From Cyanobacteriota bacterium (lineage in GTDB: Bacteria > Cyanobacteriota > Cyanobacteriia > Thermostichales > Thermostichaceae), in contig JANRIL010000005.1 in assembly GCA_033764955.1 (NCBI GenBank), forward strand, positions 32,001-96,000: a DNA stretch of 64,000 bases. The letters are read 5' to 3'. The notes beneath the pieces were generated by a model. That model was given only the letters and a program-made list of their open reading frames with translations, ran no database searches and had not been told where the DNA came from. The stretch's first letter is position 1; the number at the start of each line of letters is the position of its first letter. Below are positions 31,399-41,844 of this stretch, in pieces. The position numbers were made by a program, and so were the translations under genes.

Positions 31399-31427
31399 AC
31401 TATACTGAAACTTTCTGGTTAACACAA
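31399..31427 (-). promoter_or_regulatory. Candidate Pc cassette promoter
   Basis: TTGTGT-17 nt-TATAGT pointing into the array. Confidence 0.45.
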
Positions 31428-31551
31428 CCATTGGGTCTAATATGCCGATTTATTCTGGGTAATATCCCCTAAAAGCGTGTTATGCCGAAATATGCATGGT
31501 TTTGTGGCAAGACTGATACTTAAGGCCAAAAAGAAGCAAGTAGAAATACTT

Positions 31552-32532
31552 ATGCCTTTGGGTGGAGAGATCCAGCCACCTAGAAAATTGCTTGATAGAG
31601 TCCGTGATGTGATTAGACTCAAGCACTACTCCTATCAGACTGAGAAAACTTATATACAATGGATTCGGCGTTTCATTTCGTTTCATAACATACGACATCC
31701 GACAGAGATGCGCGGTGCTGAGGTTAACTCATTTTTGACTCATCTTGCTGTCTCTGAGAATGTTGCAGCTTCCACTCAAAATCAGGCACTCTCGGCCATT
31801 CTGTTCCTTTATCGAGAGGTAGTCCACACTGAACTTGCTCTGAATTGGGATGCTGTTCGAGCTAAGCGTTCTCGATATCTACCCACGGTCTTGACTACTC
31901 AGGAAATTTTCTTGGTCTTACAACATATGTCGGGTGTTTACTCACTATTGACGAGATTGCTCTACGGTTGTGGTTTGCGTCTAAATGAAGCACTTCAGTT
32001 GCGTGTCAAAGATATAGACTTTGCCCAGCACCAGATTATCGTACGAGATGCCAAGGGGATGGAAAGTCACACTACAATGTTACCCTCAAGTATTGTTCAA
32101 AAATTAGCTGAGCATTTGCAGGCTGTAAAGGGCTTACATCAGCAAGATTTGGAACGAGGTTACGGGGTAGTTCATTTGCCGTTTGCTCTAGCCCGACAGT
32201 ATCCCAATGCGGCTAAAGAATGGATTTGGCAGTATGTTTTTCCATCAGATCGGATCTCTCAGGATCCTCGTGGTGAGGCAATGCTCCGTTATCATCTCCA
32301 TGAAAGTGGCTTGCAAAAGGCGATCAAACAAGCCGTGAAGGTCGCAGGTATTCAAAAAAGGGTAGGGTGCCATACTTTTCGGCATAGTTTTGCCACCCAT
32401 TTGCTGCAAAACGGGTATGACATTCGCACGGTACAAGAGCTTCTGGGACACAAAGATGTCAAGACAACCATGATCTACACTCATGTATTGAATAAAGGCG
32501 GTCGTGGAGTGAGAAGTCCACTGGATGATTGA
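31552..32532 (+). CDS. intI: Integron integrase
   Basis: [38 protein letters not shown], plus the IntI-specific insertion ([20 protein letters not shown]). Confidence 0.96.
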   Translation: MPLGGEIQPPRKLLDRVRDVIRLKHYSYQTEKTYIQWIRRFISFHNIRHPTEMRGAEVNSFLTHLAVSENVAASTQNQALSAILFLYREVVHTELALNWDAVRAKRSRYLPTVLTTQEIFLVLQHMSGVYSLLTRLLYGCGLRLNEALQLRVKDIDFAQHQIIVRDAKGMESHTTMLPSSIVQKLAEHLQAVKGLHQQDLERGYGVVHLPFALARQYPNAAKEWIWQYVFPSDRISQDPRGEAMLRYHLHESGLQKAIKQAVKVAGIQKRVGCHTFRHSFATHLLQNGYDIRTVQELLGHKDVKTTMIYTHVLNKGGRGVRSPLDD

Positions 32533-32801
32533 AGCGTTGGGATCCCCTGCGGATGAGGGATGACTTCCAGGCACGGAAGCAAGATAAAGGTGTGGGATCC
32601 GGAGTTAGGTTATTCGATGCAGGTATCTAGATTGAAACGGGGCGATATTACAAGGGTGTTGAATCAGTACTACTATGGATGACGGCCTTACACACGGTCT
32701 AACAGTCCCGTTTGCCCACCGATCGGATCCCGTTGGCTAAGTGAGTCCGCAAGGTTATTAGCGACGGGTGAATGGGGGCGGTATTGAATTGATGACAGAC
32801 C

Positions 32802-34499
32802 TTAGGCAAACAGATTCAGATCCGTCACCGCCCCCAAACTGCTGCTAGAGACCAAGCGAGCATACTTGGCTAGCACCCCTTTTTGATAGCGGGGAGCCGG
32901 AGGTTGCCACTGAGCGCGCCGTTCGGCCAGCTCTTGATCGCTGATGTTGAGTTGCAACAATCGAGCAGGGGCATCAATCGTAATCGAATCTCCCTCCCTA
33001 ACCAGGGCAATCGTACCTCCCACGGCGGCCTCAGGAGCCACATGCCCCACCACCATGCCATAGGTTCCCCCAGAGAAGCGTCCATCCGTAATTAAGCCCA
33101 CGCTATCCCCTAGTCCAGCTCCGATAATCGCCGAAGTGGGTGAGAGCATCTCCCGCATACCAGGGCCACCCTTCGGACCTTCGTAGCGCACAATGATCAC
33201 ATCCCCCGCTTGGATATTGCCCGCCAAGATCGCTTGCAGACAGTCTTCTTCCGACTCAAAAACACGGGCTGGTCCGGTAATCTGGGGATTTTTCACCCCC
33301 GTAATCTTAGCCACCGCTCCTTCTTCCGCCAGGTTGCCCCGCAAAATCGCCAAATGTCCCTGCGGATAAATGGGGTTGTGCCAAGGGCGGATCACGTCTT
33401 GATCGGCGGCTGGCTCGGCAGGAATGGGATCCAACAATTCGGCTATGGTTTGTCCGGTGATGGTGAGCGCCTCAGGGTGCAACAAGTCATGCACCAGCAG
33501 CATTTTCATCACCTGCGGGATCCCGCCTGCTCTGTGCAAATCGGTGGCAACATAGCGACCCGAGGGCTTGAGATCGCAAAGCACTGGGGTACGGGCGCGG
33601 ATCGCCTCAAAATCATCCAGCTTCAGATCCACACCCGCTGCATGAGCAATCGCCAGAAAGTGCAGCACCGCATTGGTGGATCCCCCCACCGCCATAATGA
33701 CCGCCAGAGCATTTTCTATCGACTGACGGGTGATAATGTGGCGAGGCAAGAGTTGTTTCTGAATGGCTTGGGCTAGCACTTGGGCGGATTGAGCCGTGCT
33801 CTCAGCTTTTTCAGGATCCTCCGCTGCCATTGTCGAGGAATACATCAAACTCATGCCCATCGCTTCAAAGGCTGACGACATCGTATTGGCGGTATACATC
33901 CCCCCACAGGATCCCGCCCCTGGGCAGGCGTGGCGCTCTACAGCCAACAGCTCGCTCTCCCCCATTTTGCCCGCGCTGTATCGTCCGACGGCTTCAAAGG
34001 CACTGACAATCGTCAGATCTTGACCTGCATAGTGTCCCGGCTTAATCGTGCCCCCATAGACAAAGATGGCTGGGATGTTGAGACGAGCCATCGCAATCAT
34101 CGCTCCCGGCATATTTTTGTCACAGCCACCAATTGCCAACAACCCATCCATACTTTGGGCATTCACCGCTGTTTCAATCGAGTCGGCGATCACCTCCCGC
34201 GATACCAAGGAATATTTCATCCCCTCCGTGCCCATGGAAATGCCATCACTGACGGTAATGGTGCCAAACATTTGGGGCATGGTGCCCGCCGCCTGTAAAG
34301 CCGCTTCCGCTCGTACCGCCAGGGTTTGAATCCCCATATTGCAGGGAGTAATCGTACTGTAGCCATTGGCTAACCCGACAATCGGTTTGTCAAAATCCTC
34401 ATCCTGAAAGCCCACCGCCCGCAGCATGGCGCGATTGGGAGAACGCTGCACCCCCTGGGTGACAGTGCGACTTCTCAAGTTGGCAGGATGGCTGGACAT
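32802..34499 (-). CDS. ilvD: Dihydroxy-acid dehydratase
   Basis: [30 protein letters not shown]. Confidence 0.97.
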   Translation of the reverse strand: MSSHPANLRSRTVTQGVQRSPNRAMLRAVGFQDEDFDKPIVGLANGYSTITPCNMGIQTLAVRAEAALQAAGTMPQMFGTITVSDGISMGTEGMKYSLVSREVIADSIETAVNAQSMDGLLAIGGCDKNMPGAMIAMARLNIPAIFVYGGTIKPGHYAGQDLTIVSAFEAVGRYSAGKMGESELLAVERHACPGAGSCGGMYTANTMSSAFEAMGMSLMYSSTMAAEDPEKAESTAQSAQVLAQAIQKQLLPRHIITRQSIENALAVIMAVGGSTNAVLHFLAIAHAAGVDLKLDDFEAIRARTPVLCDLKPSGRYVATDLHRAGGIPQVMKMLLVHDLLHPEALTITGQTIAELLDPIPAEPAADQDVIRPWHNPIYPQGHLAILRGNLAEEGAVAKITGVKNPQITGPARVFESEEDCLQAILAGNIQAGDVIIVRYEGPKGGPGMREMLSPTSAIIGAGLGDSVGLITDGRFSGGTYGMVVGHVAPEAAVGGTIALVREGDSITIDAPARLLQLNISDQELAERRAQWQPPAPRYQKGVLAKYARLVSSSSLGAVTDLNLFA

Positions 34500-34650
34500 A
34501 ACCGATAACCCTCAGACAAAACGTGGCCGATAACAACCGATTATTAGGCTACCGCACCGATGTGGCTAGCCGGCTGCCTTTTTGGGGATTCTTCATCTCA
34601 GATGGTGAGGATGTCGGGATCCCTTTGTTGGTAGCTATGGGAGTGAAAAA

Positions 34651-35481
34651 TTAGCCCAAGAGGGTTTTGCTGGTGGAGTCCTGCATATCCCCAAAGCGGC
34701 TCAAGAAAAATTCTAGGGTTTGTTCCCGAATAAACCCTTGCTCAACCAGGGCACGGCCAAAATAGATCTTTTGCCGTTTTTGCAGGCGGAGGGCTTCCAC
34801 AATCTGGGTTTCGGTCACCAATCCTGCCGCCCGCATATATTCACCAATCGGGTGTTTCACCCCCATCGGCAGATCTGGCTTGTTTTGATCTTGTAGCAAA
34901 AATTCGATGGTCTCCAGCCTGACCCATCCCTGAGCAATCACTGCCTCTCCTAGCAACATACCGGTGCGTTGTTGCAAACTACAGGCTTGCTCCATTTGCT
35001 CCGGCGAGACCAACCCCATCTCTACTAACAACGTCTTGAGGATCTGATGACGCTGGTGATCAACAGGGGTGGGAATACGAATTTCATGAAAATTGGCATA
35101 GACCCTCGTGCCAAAGCGGATCGGATCCCCATCCTGCAAAAAGTGGGATCCCTTGAGCCGTTGTCCACGCACAAAGACCCCATTGGCGCTGGGCTTATCG
35201 TGACCATCCCCATCCCGCAGTTCATAACTTTCCCCCGGCTGATCCTCGGCCACCGTCAAAATCCCGTGAAACCGAGAAACATAGCGATCCGCCAGATGCA
35301 AGGTGCAGGTGGGATCCCGGCCAATCACAAACATCGGTTGATTCAAATAAATAATCTGGCGAGGGGAATTTTCCTCTCCGGGCAGACCGATATTTTCTCG
35401 AATGATCAGTAGGCAAGGCCGTGATCGCTGCGCCAGATCCGCCTCAGATAGGAGTGTTTTGGCATACTCCAGACTATACAT
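34651..35481 (-). CDS. FHA-domain protein with C-terminal MshEN-like repeats
   Basis: IGRDP, VSRFH, SANG FHA motifs; LGE...QGWV and IGEY..AGLV...QIVEAL..Q repeats. Confidence 0.72.
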   Translation of the reverse strand: MYSLEYAKTLLSEADLAQRSRPCLLIIRENIGLPGEENSPRQIIYLNQPMFVIGRDPTCTLHLADRYVSRFHGILTVAEDQPGESYELRDGDGHDKPSANGVFVRGQRLKGSHFLQDGDPIRFGTRVYANFHEIRIPTPVDHQRHQILKTLLVEMGLVSPEQMEQACSLQQRTGMLLGEAVIAQGWVRLETIEFLLQDQNKPDLPMGVKHPIGEYMRAAGLVTETQIVEALRLQKRQKIYFGRALVEQGFIREQTLEFFLSRFGDMQDSTSKTLLG

Positions 35482-35764
35482 TTAGAAGTTCACTCGTTGA
35501 CAGCTAGGGTTAACCAGAGAGTTGACCAGCCAGAGGGGAGACTGGTTGCTTGAGCAGTTGTCTTCGCCAATACAAAAATTCAGTGAGATATCCCCCCAAG
35601 GACTCATGACAAATGGACTAAACCTGGCTTATTTTAACGCTTGCAAACATTGTTCTCACTCTCCTCAACAAATCTATTTTCAAAAGTCATAAGGTGGCAC
35701 TAAGATATTTCTGGCGATCAAGTTCGGGTCAGCAGGTAGACGTGTTTACTGTCCAAATGGGTTT

Positions 35765-35795
35765 TCCGAACTGGAAGCTACTCACACAGTTCGGA
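35765..35795 (+). promoter_or_regulatory. rbp 5'-UTR hairpin
   Basis: TCCGAACTG-N13-CAGTTCGGA just upstream of the rbp start. Confidence 0.55.
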
Positions 35796-35806
35796 GTTTT
35801 TAGGCC

Positions 35807-36121
35807 ATGACTATTTTTGTGGGAAACCTCTCCTTTAAGGCAAGTGAAGAAGATTTGCGGGATGTCTTTGCCGAGTATGGCGGTGTCAAGCAGATCAAGT
35901 TACCGGTAGACCGTGAGACGGGTCGCAAGCGGGGCTTTGCCTTCGTTGAGTTAGAAAACGAAGCCGACGAGCAAAAGGCCATCGATGAATTGGATGGAGC
36001 CAATTGGATGGGGCGAGATCTGCGGGTCAACAAAGCCCAACCTCGCCAAATGGATGGCGGTGGTGGTGGACGGGAAAGCCGTGGTGGCGGCGGTGGCTAT
36101 CGTCCCCGCAACAATTTCTAG
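35807..36121 (+). CDS. rbp: RRM RNA-binding protein with Gly-rich tail
   Basis: IFVGNL (RNP2) and RGFAFVEL (RNP1). Confidence 0.93.
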   Translation: MTIFVGNLSFKASEEDLRDVFAEYGGVKQIKLPVDRETGRKRGFAFVELENEADEQKAIDELDGANWMGRDLRVNKAQPRQMDGGGGGRESRGGGGGYRPRNNF

Positions 36122-36276
36122 GCAACTCTATTCAGCTAGTCATATCAGCTAGTCATAATAGTTGATGGATAGGGATCCCCACCACTGTCCCTTTAATGGG
36201 CTGAGGAGAAAAGGGATCCCTTTTGTCGATCCTCTACTATGGGGAATCCCATCCATAGGGGGCTTCTCTGACTTTC

Positions 36277-37455
36277 TTAGGTGTTACCCTCGGAAGGTTG
36301 CGGTGAGGCTAAATCAGCAGGGGTAGAGGGGGGCAGAGGATCCCCTCCTAAGTAGCCAAAGAGTTGCTCCATTAGCTCTTGACGTTGAGCGGGGGAGAGG
36401 GGCGACGAAATCGGGAAGTTAGGGAGAGCCAGGGTGACGCGCTCAATCAACTCGCTCCCCCCTTGCTTTTGTTGGATCCCCCAGGCTCGCTTGACCATAT
36501 TTTCGGCGGCGCTCAATTCTAACCCTGACTGGTTGACCAGCCAATGGGTCAGCGCTTCCAGATCGGGATCAAACCGGAAGCGATACATATAAACCAACAT
36601 ACCCACCCCTAAGATGATGCCGATAGCGCTAGCTAGATAAGCCACCTTGATGGGAGTGTTGCCCAGATAAGCAACGGCAGAAACCCGCAAGACTTCATAA
36701 GGGATCCGAATCAGGCTGTAGCCAATCAGATAGCTCCACAACCAGGTGCCATCCTTGAGCTTGGGCTTTTTCCAAAACATGCCCATCAACAATGCAAACA
36801 GGAGCAGGTTAAGCAGGCTCTCGTAGAGAAAGATGGGATGGAAAAGTTCCATATCCCGAAAATCAATATCACGGGAGCGATCCACCACCCGCATCTCCGG
36901 TGGAATAAACTGGGCAATCGGCCAGGCACTGTCTGCGGCGATGGGGGATCCATAGGCCTCAGAGTTAAAGAAGTTGCCCCACCGTCCGATGGCTTGTCCC
37001 AAAATCAAACTGGGCATCAAAATATCGGCATATTTCCAGCCGTTGATGCCGGTGAAGCGGGCATAGAAATAGAGAGCCAGACCCGCGGCCAAAATGCCAC
37101 CGTGGATGATGATCCCCCCCTGCCAGATAGCCAAAGCTGACCACGGACTCGCTCGAAAATCATCCCAATGGGTAGCGACATAATAGGCTCTTGCTCCCGC
37201 AAAGCCCGTCACAATCAGCAGCAGCGCCAACTGCTCCACCCGCTCTCCCGCCTGTCCGGGATCCCGTTCCAGACGCCGCTGTTCTGCCAGAAATTTAGCC
37301 AGCAATAGGCCAACCAAGACGGCAGTCGCCATCAAGAGACCATACCAACGCAGCCCCAGCCCCCCCACCAGAGGGGTATCGGCAGGAAACTGAAAGACAA
37401 ACTCGCCGGGTGAGCGCAAAACCAATCCGCCGACAGACACAAAATTGGAGAGCAT
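36277..37455 (-). CDS. lgt: Prolipoprotein diacylglyceryl transferase with C-terminal extension
   Basis: RWYG, GARAYYV, HGG, GRWGNFFNSEAYG, HP.FLYE. Confidence 0.92.
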   Translation of the reverse strand: MLSNFVSVGGLVLRSPGEFVFQFPADTPLVGGLGLRWYGLLMATAVLVGLLLAKFLAEQRRLERDPGQAGERVEQLALLLIVTGFAGARAYYVATHWDDFRASPWSALAIWQGGIIIHGGILAAGLALYFYARFTGINGWKYADILMPSLILGQAIGRWGNFFNSEAYGSPIAADSAWPIAQFIPPEMRVVDRSRDIDFRDMELFHPIFLYESLLNLLLFALLMGMFWKKPKLKDGTWLWSYLIGYSLIRIPYEVLRVSAVAYLGNTPIKVAYLASAIGIILGVGMLVYMYRFRFDPDLEALTHWLVNQSGLELSAAENMVKRAWGIQQKQGGSELIERVTLALPNFPISSPLSPAQRQELMEQLFGYLGGDPLPPSTPADLASPQPSEGNT

Positions 37456-37782
37456 CCCTCACCATCACCTTACGAAACAACAACAGAATACCCCCCATTC
37501 TTCTGTCGGATCCCATCCTCAAGACAGAGCTAAGGAGTGCTTACCCACCTTATCCTGCCAGTCCGATGCCCCATTGCACAAATTCTTCCAGCCGCCACCC
37601 AGATGAATTCAGCCAGCTTCCGCCATCGCTACTCCTCCAGATTCTCGCGGTTCTCAAAGGGATCCACAAACCAATCTGTGACCAAGACCTGCTATCGTAT
37701 TGCAGGTGTTTAGGTGGAAGGGGAATCTGGCAGTACGGGTTCACCCCCTCCCCCTCTCAGGCCAGCGGGCAAGCCACAACCT

Positions 37783-38511
37783 ATGAAATATCAACGCATC
37801 TTATTAAAGCTCAGTGGGGAAGCCCTGATGGGGGAGCAAGCCTTCGGGATTGACTCGGAAGTCCTCCAGTCGATTGCCAATGAGGTCGCCTCCGTGGTGC
37901 GGGCAGGGGTGCAGGTGGCGATTGTGGTAGGGGGAGGAAACATCTGGCGAGGCCGCAAAGAAGGAGCCGCCCAGGGCATGGATCAAGCCTCCGCCGATTA
38001 TGTGGGGATGTTAGCCACGGTGATCAATGCCCTCACCCTACAAGATGCCCTGGAACGGAACGGTATTCCCACCCGCGTGCAAACAGCAATTGCCATGCAA
38101 GAAGTCGCCGAACCCTATATCCGCCGTCGCGCCATCCGCCACCTGGAAAAAGGACGGGTGGTGATCTTTGGGGCCGGATCCGGCAATCCGTTCTTTACTA
38201 CCGATACGACCGCCGCCCTACGAGCTGCCGAGATTGATGCTCAGGTGATTTTTAAGGCCACCAAAGTGGATGGGGTGTATGACGCAGATCCAAAACTGCA
38301 TCCCCAAGCCAAACGCTACGAAACCCTTAGCTATCAAGATGTCTTAACCCAAGACCTGCGGGTGATGGACACCACGGCCATTGCTCTGTGCAAAGAAAAC
38401 AACATTCCCATTGTCGTGTTTGATCTGACCACCGCCGGCAATATCTATCGTGTGATTTGCGGAGAACCGATTGGCACCACCGTCGGATCCCTGCCGGTCA
38501 CGATGGCCTAA
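37783..38511 (+). CDS. pyrH: UMP kinase
   Basis: [23 protein letters not shown]. Confidence 0.97.
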   Translation: MKYQRILLKLSGEALMGEQAFGIDSEVLQSIANEVASVVRAGVQVAIVVGGGNIWRGRKEGAAQGMDQASADYVGMLATVINALTLQDALERNGIPTRVQTAIAMQEVAEPYIRRRAIRHLEKGRVVIFGAGSGNPFFTTDTTAALRAAEIDAQVIFKATKVDGVYDADPKLHPQAKRYETLSYQDVLTQDLRVMDTTAIALCKENNIPIVVFDLTTAGNIYRVICGEPIGTTVGSLPVTMA

Positions 38512-38618
38512 AAGATGGATTTTTAAGCCAGTGAACCGGATCCCCTGCCCAGAGATTGCGCTTGTCAAAGCAGGATAGCGATGGATAGGATCAGGGTTAC
38601 GGTTTGGAGACGAGTACC

Positions 38619-39137
38619 ATGATTGAGATGCAGGTTGCGGGGATTGCCGTCGATGCTTCCAACCAAAGTCCAATCGTGATCTTGCGGGATCCGAGTGAAC
38701 GGCGTGCCCTGCCGATTTGGGTGGGTCGAGCTGAAGCCAACGCGATTTTGCAGGCGCTCGACGATCAAAAGCCCCCCCGCCCCATGACCCATGATCTGCT
38801 GCTCAATTCTTGGCAAACCTGGGGGATCACCGTCGAGCGGATTGTCATCCATGCCCTGCTCGACAACACCTTTTATGCCGTGCTCACTACCGTAAATGGC
38901 GATAAAAAGCAAGAGATTGATTGTCGTCCCAGCGATGCAATTGCGATCGCTCTGCGCGCCAATGTGCCGATCTGGACGGTGGAAGAAGTGATTGCTGAAG
39001 CGTCTATTCCCATGAACCAGGACGCCGATGATGCCGAGCGGGAAGCCTTTCGCAGCTTTCTAGCCGATGTCAGTCCCAAAGATTTTATCCATCGCGCTCA
39101 GCCCCTATCGGATCCCTCCGCGGATCCCCAAACTTGA
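38619..39137 (+). CDS. Bifunctional nuclease family (DUF151)
   Basis: LPIWVG..EA, RPMTHDL, DCRPSDAIAIA. Confidence 0.9.
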   Translation: MIEMQVAGIAVDASNQSPIVILRDPSERRALPIWVGRAEANAILQALDDQKPPRPMTHDLLLNSWQTWGITVERIVIHALLDNTFYAVLTTVNGDKKQEIDCRPSDAIAIALRANVPIWTVEEVIAEASIPMNQDADDAEREAFRSFLADVSPKDFIHRAQPLSDPSADPQT

Positions 39138-39358
39138 GGTTTGAGAGCCTGTCTGCCTAGCTCCCTATGGTCGGATGTAGGTACGGGATCCGCCGCTTCA
39201 GCTCCTTCGCTAGGGGTGGGATCCCGTATTTCGCCGGCAAAAGAGGGGTGTTAACATTTAGTTAATGAACCTGTTCATTGCCTCGACTCACTTATCGTTC
39301 ATTAATGTTTCATTGATGTTCATGCCGCATTTTGGCTCTCGTTACTGGAGTATCACTC

Positions 39359-39721
39359 ATGGCGAACCCAATCAACTTTTTGCCAGGTTTTGAAGGACTA
39401 CAGGCTCCCAGTACAGAAAATACTCTCTGGGAATATCTGCAAGCCCAGGATCCACAAGTATTTCAAGATATTGCTCAATCCTCTTCTCCCGAAGTATTAG
39501 AAATTCTCGGTCACAACATTCGTAGTCTGGTGGGTGCTTTACCCCCTGAACAGTTTGGGGTGCAAATCGTCACCAATCGAGAAAGCTTAGCCAAGATGCT
39601 GTCGGGAGCGATGATGGGTGGCTACTTTTTGCGAGTGATGGAGCAACGCCTGCATCTGGAGCAAGCGATGGGGCAAGCTCCGGCTCATCCTGAGTTACCG
39701 GACAATCGTCCCCAAGATTAA
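39359..39721 (+). CDS. DUF760 family protein
   Basis: L.EYLQ, I..NI..LVG.LP..QF, MM.GYFLR.MEQRL.LE. Confidence 0.85.
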   Translation: MANPINFLPGFEGLQAPSTENTLWEYLQAQDPQVFQDIAQSSSPEVLEILGHNIRSLVGALPPEQFGVQIVTNRESLAKMLSGAMMGGYFLRVMEQRLHLEQAMGQAPAHPELPDNRPQD

Positions 39722-39744
39722 TGGCTGAAGGCTTTGTCTATCTC

Positions 39745-39774
39745 CCCCCTCCCAAAAGTGGAGAGGGGGTTTTT
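39745..39774 (+). terminator. Intrinsic terminator
   Basis: CCCCCTCCCA-AAAG-TGGAGAGGGGG followed by TTTTT. Confidence 0.65.
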
Positions 39775-39832
39775 CATCTCAATCAAACTCAATCGAACTC
39801 AATTGAAATGGCCTTATTTCCAAGTGGATTGG

Positions 39833-41236
39833 CTATGCCGGTAAACCCATCACGGAGCGGTAACGGGCTTCTACCTCCCCAACCATCTGTGAGTGACGAT
39901 GGGGATCCCATTGGCTCTGTTCAAAGAATTGCTGCCGCAGATCCTCCACATTCAGCGTGGTCACCTGCCCCTGCTCCACCCGCAGCCGCCCCCCCACCCA
40001 AACGTGACTGACCGCCTGTACCGGACGCCCCCAGATCAGTAGCCCAATCGGATCGGTGCGGGGCAAGAGCGAAAGCTGCCGCAAATCATAAAGCACCAGA
40101 TCCGCCAGTTTGCCCACCGTCAAGGATCCCAGTTGATCCGCCATATTCAAGCCTTTGGCTCCCCCCAGAGCCGCCATCTCCACACTTTGGCGGGGGGTGA
40201 TCCAGTGGCGATAGTCAAAGTCAGTGATGTTGTGCAGCATCGAGCCAATTTTGATGGCTTCTAACAAATCCTGACCATCGTTGCTCGCCGATCCATCACA
40301 GCCAAAGGTGACATTCACCCCCGCCTGCCGATATTTCAGCAAGGGGGCAATGCCACTGCCCAGGCGCAGGTTACTGAGGGGGTTATGCACCACCGTCGAT
40401 TGGGTTTCCGCCAAGATGGCGATATCAGCATCCGTCAGCCAGACACAGTGAGCCAAGGAAGTACGGGATCCCAGATAGCCCAGATGCTTGAGGTGCTCCA
40501 CGCCACTATGGCCATACTTTTCCTCCGCCAGCATTTTTTGGGCTTTGGTTTCCAGCAGATGAGCATGGCGGCACAACTGATGCTGATCACTCAGGGCAAC
40601 ACACCCCTCAAACAAGGCATCACTGCACAACTGCAAGCCCGTGGGAGCCGTCATGATCTGGATCCCTTGCTCCGGTTGATGAAAGCGCTGCACCGCTTCT
40701 TGGAGCATCTGCAATACGGCTGGGGTAGAGAGATAGTAGGGATCCCCTGTCACCGCTGCTCCCCCCGTCGGAATACTGCTGGGCACAGCTTGATCCTGAA
40801 TCAAGGGGCCAATAAAGGCACGGATCCCCACTTCCCGATAGGCACGGGCAGCAGCAGCAATCGTTTCCAGTTCCTGTCCAGGGATCAGCACTAAATGATC
40901 CACAACGGTGGTTCCACCGGAGAGCAGGGTTTCTACGGCGGTGCCCAGAGCACTCAAATAAATTTTTTCGGGATCCAGGGGGCTAAATTCGTGCAGTTGA
41001 GCAATCCACAGCTCTAGCGGATAGGGAGGCACCAAACCCCGTTGCCACATTTCTGAAGAATGGGTGTGAGCATTAACAAACCCCGGCAGTAAAAGATGGT
41101 CGTGGGCAGGAATCGCTTGCCCAACCACCGCTAGGTCGGAGCCAATCGCGGCGATCCGCTCATCCACAATTTGCACATCCACCGTCTGATAGCCTGCTTC
41201 CACAGGGATCAGCACATTCTGAAGGGTATAGCTCAT
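39833..41236 (-). CDS. Metal-dependent amidohydrolase/deaminase (ATZ/TRZ-like)
   Basis: PGFVNAHTH, HLLET, AHCVW, GCDG. Confidence 0.85.
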   Translation of the reverse strand: MSYTLQNVLIPVEAGYQTVDVQIVDERIAAIGSDLAVVGQAIPAHDHLLLPGFVNAHTHSSEMWQRGLVPPYPLELWIAQLHEFSPLDPEKIYLSALGTAVETLLSGGTTVVDHLVLIPGQELETIAAAARAYREVGIRAFIGPLIQDQAVPSSIPTGGAAVTGDPYYLSTPAVLQMLQEAVQRFHQPEQGIQIMTAPTGLQLCSDALFEGCVALSDQHQLCRHAHLLETKAQKMLAEEKYGHSGVEHLKHLGYLGSRTSLAHCVWLTDADIAILAETQSTVVHNPLSNLRLGSGIAPLLKYRQAGVNVTFGCDGSASNDGQDLLEAIKIGSMLHNITDFDYRHWITPRQSVEMAALGGAKGLNMADQLGSLTVGKLADLVLYDLRQLSLLPRTDPIGLLIWGRPVQAVSHVWVGGRLRVEQGQVTTLNVEDLRQQFFEQSQWDPHRHSQMVGEVEARYRSVMGLPA

Positions 41237-41415
41237 AAGCTCCAAAAAAGGGGTAGCGTCTCACAGACAGGGTCGCCGCCAGTCGGGGATCCCAAGCTGG
41301 GCAAACCCATATAGTCTAGACGATCCGCCCACTTAAAAAAGGACTCCTCTGTAACCGAGCCCATCGGCAAAACTATTGATCTGGGAAGCTGACCCGAATG
41401 AGCCGGGGGATCCCC

Positions 41416-41844
41416 TTAGGGAGCGGAGCGTTGCGCCGCAATTGCCAACTCCACATCAGGAATTTGTTGCAGCGTATCCATCACCCGCACCACATCCCCA
41501 TAAAGTTTTTCGGAGTCAGCGTTGATCACCACTAGGCGAGATTTTTTAGCCGGATTTTCCGGCTTGGTTTCGGCTAACACTTTTTCTACGGCTGCTTTTA
41601 GCCCATCAATAGAGACCTCCTGACGATTGACCGCGATCACCCCGTCTTTGGTCACACTAATGGTGGCATCCGGTTGCAACTTGCTCTGGGCTGTCGAAGC
41701 ATCCGGCAGATTGACATCAAGCGCTTCGGAGCGGGTTAAGACCAAACTGGCAATGATAAAAAACACCAGAATGGAAAAAATCACATCGATCAGGGGAACG
41801 ATGTTGATCTCGGCAGGTCTAGAATTCTCTTCCGGGATTCGCAT
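41416..41844 (-). CDS. exbD: ExbD/TolR family protein
   Basis: INIVPLIDVIF, VNLP, INAD. Confidence 0.88.
   Translation of the reverse strand: MRIPEENSRPAEINIVPLIDVIFSILVFFIIASLVLTRSEALDVNLPDASTAQSKLQPDATISVTKDGVIAVNRQEVSIDGLKAAVEKVLAETKPENPAKKSRLVVINADSEKLYGDVVRVMDTLQQIPDVELAIAAQRSAP

Larger units (their letters stand above)
21317..32532. mobile_element. Chromosomal integron: intI plus minus-strand cassette array
   Basis: Integron integrase divergent from a run of AT-richer ORFs separated by attC sites whose R''/R' boxes match cassette by cassette. Confidence 0.93.

Noticed and set aside
21300..31400. CRISPR array or type III cas locus accompanying the CARF and mCpol genes
   Set aside because: The repeated elements are attC inverted repeats separated by whole genes; no direct-repeat/spacer array or cas genes were seen anywhere in the window
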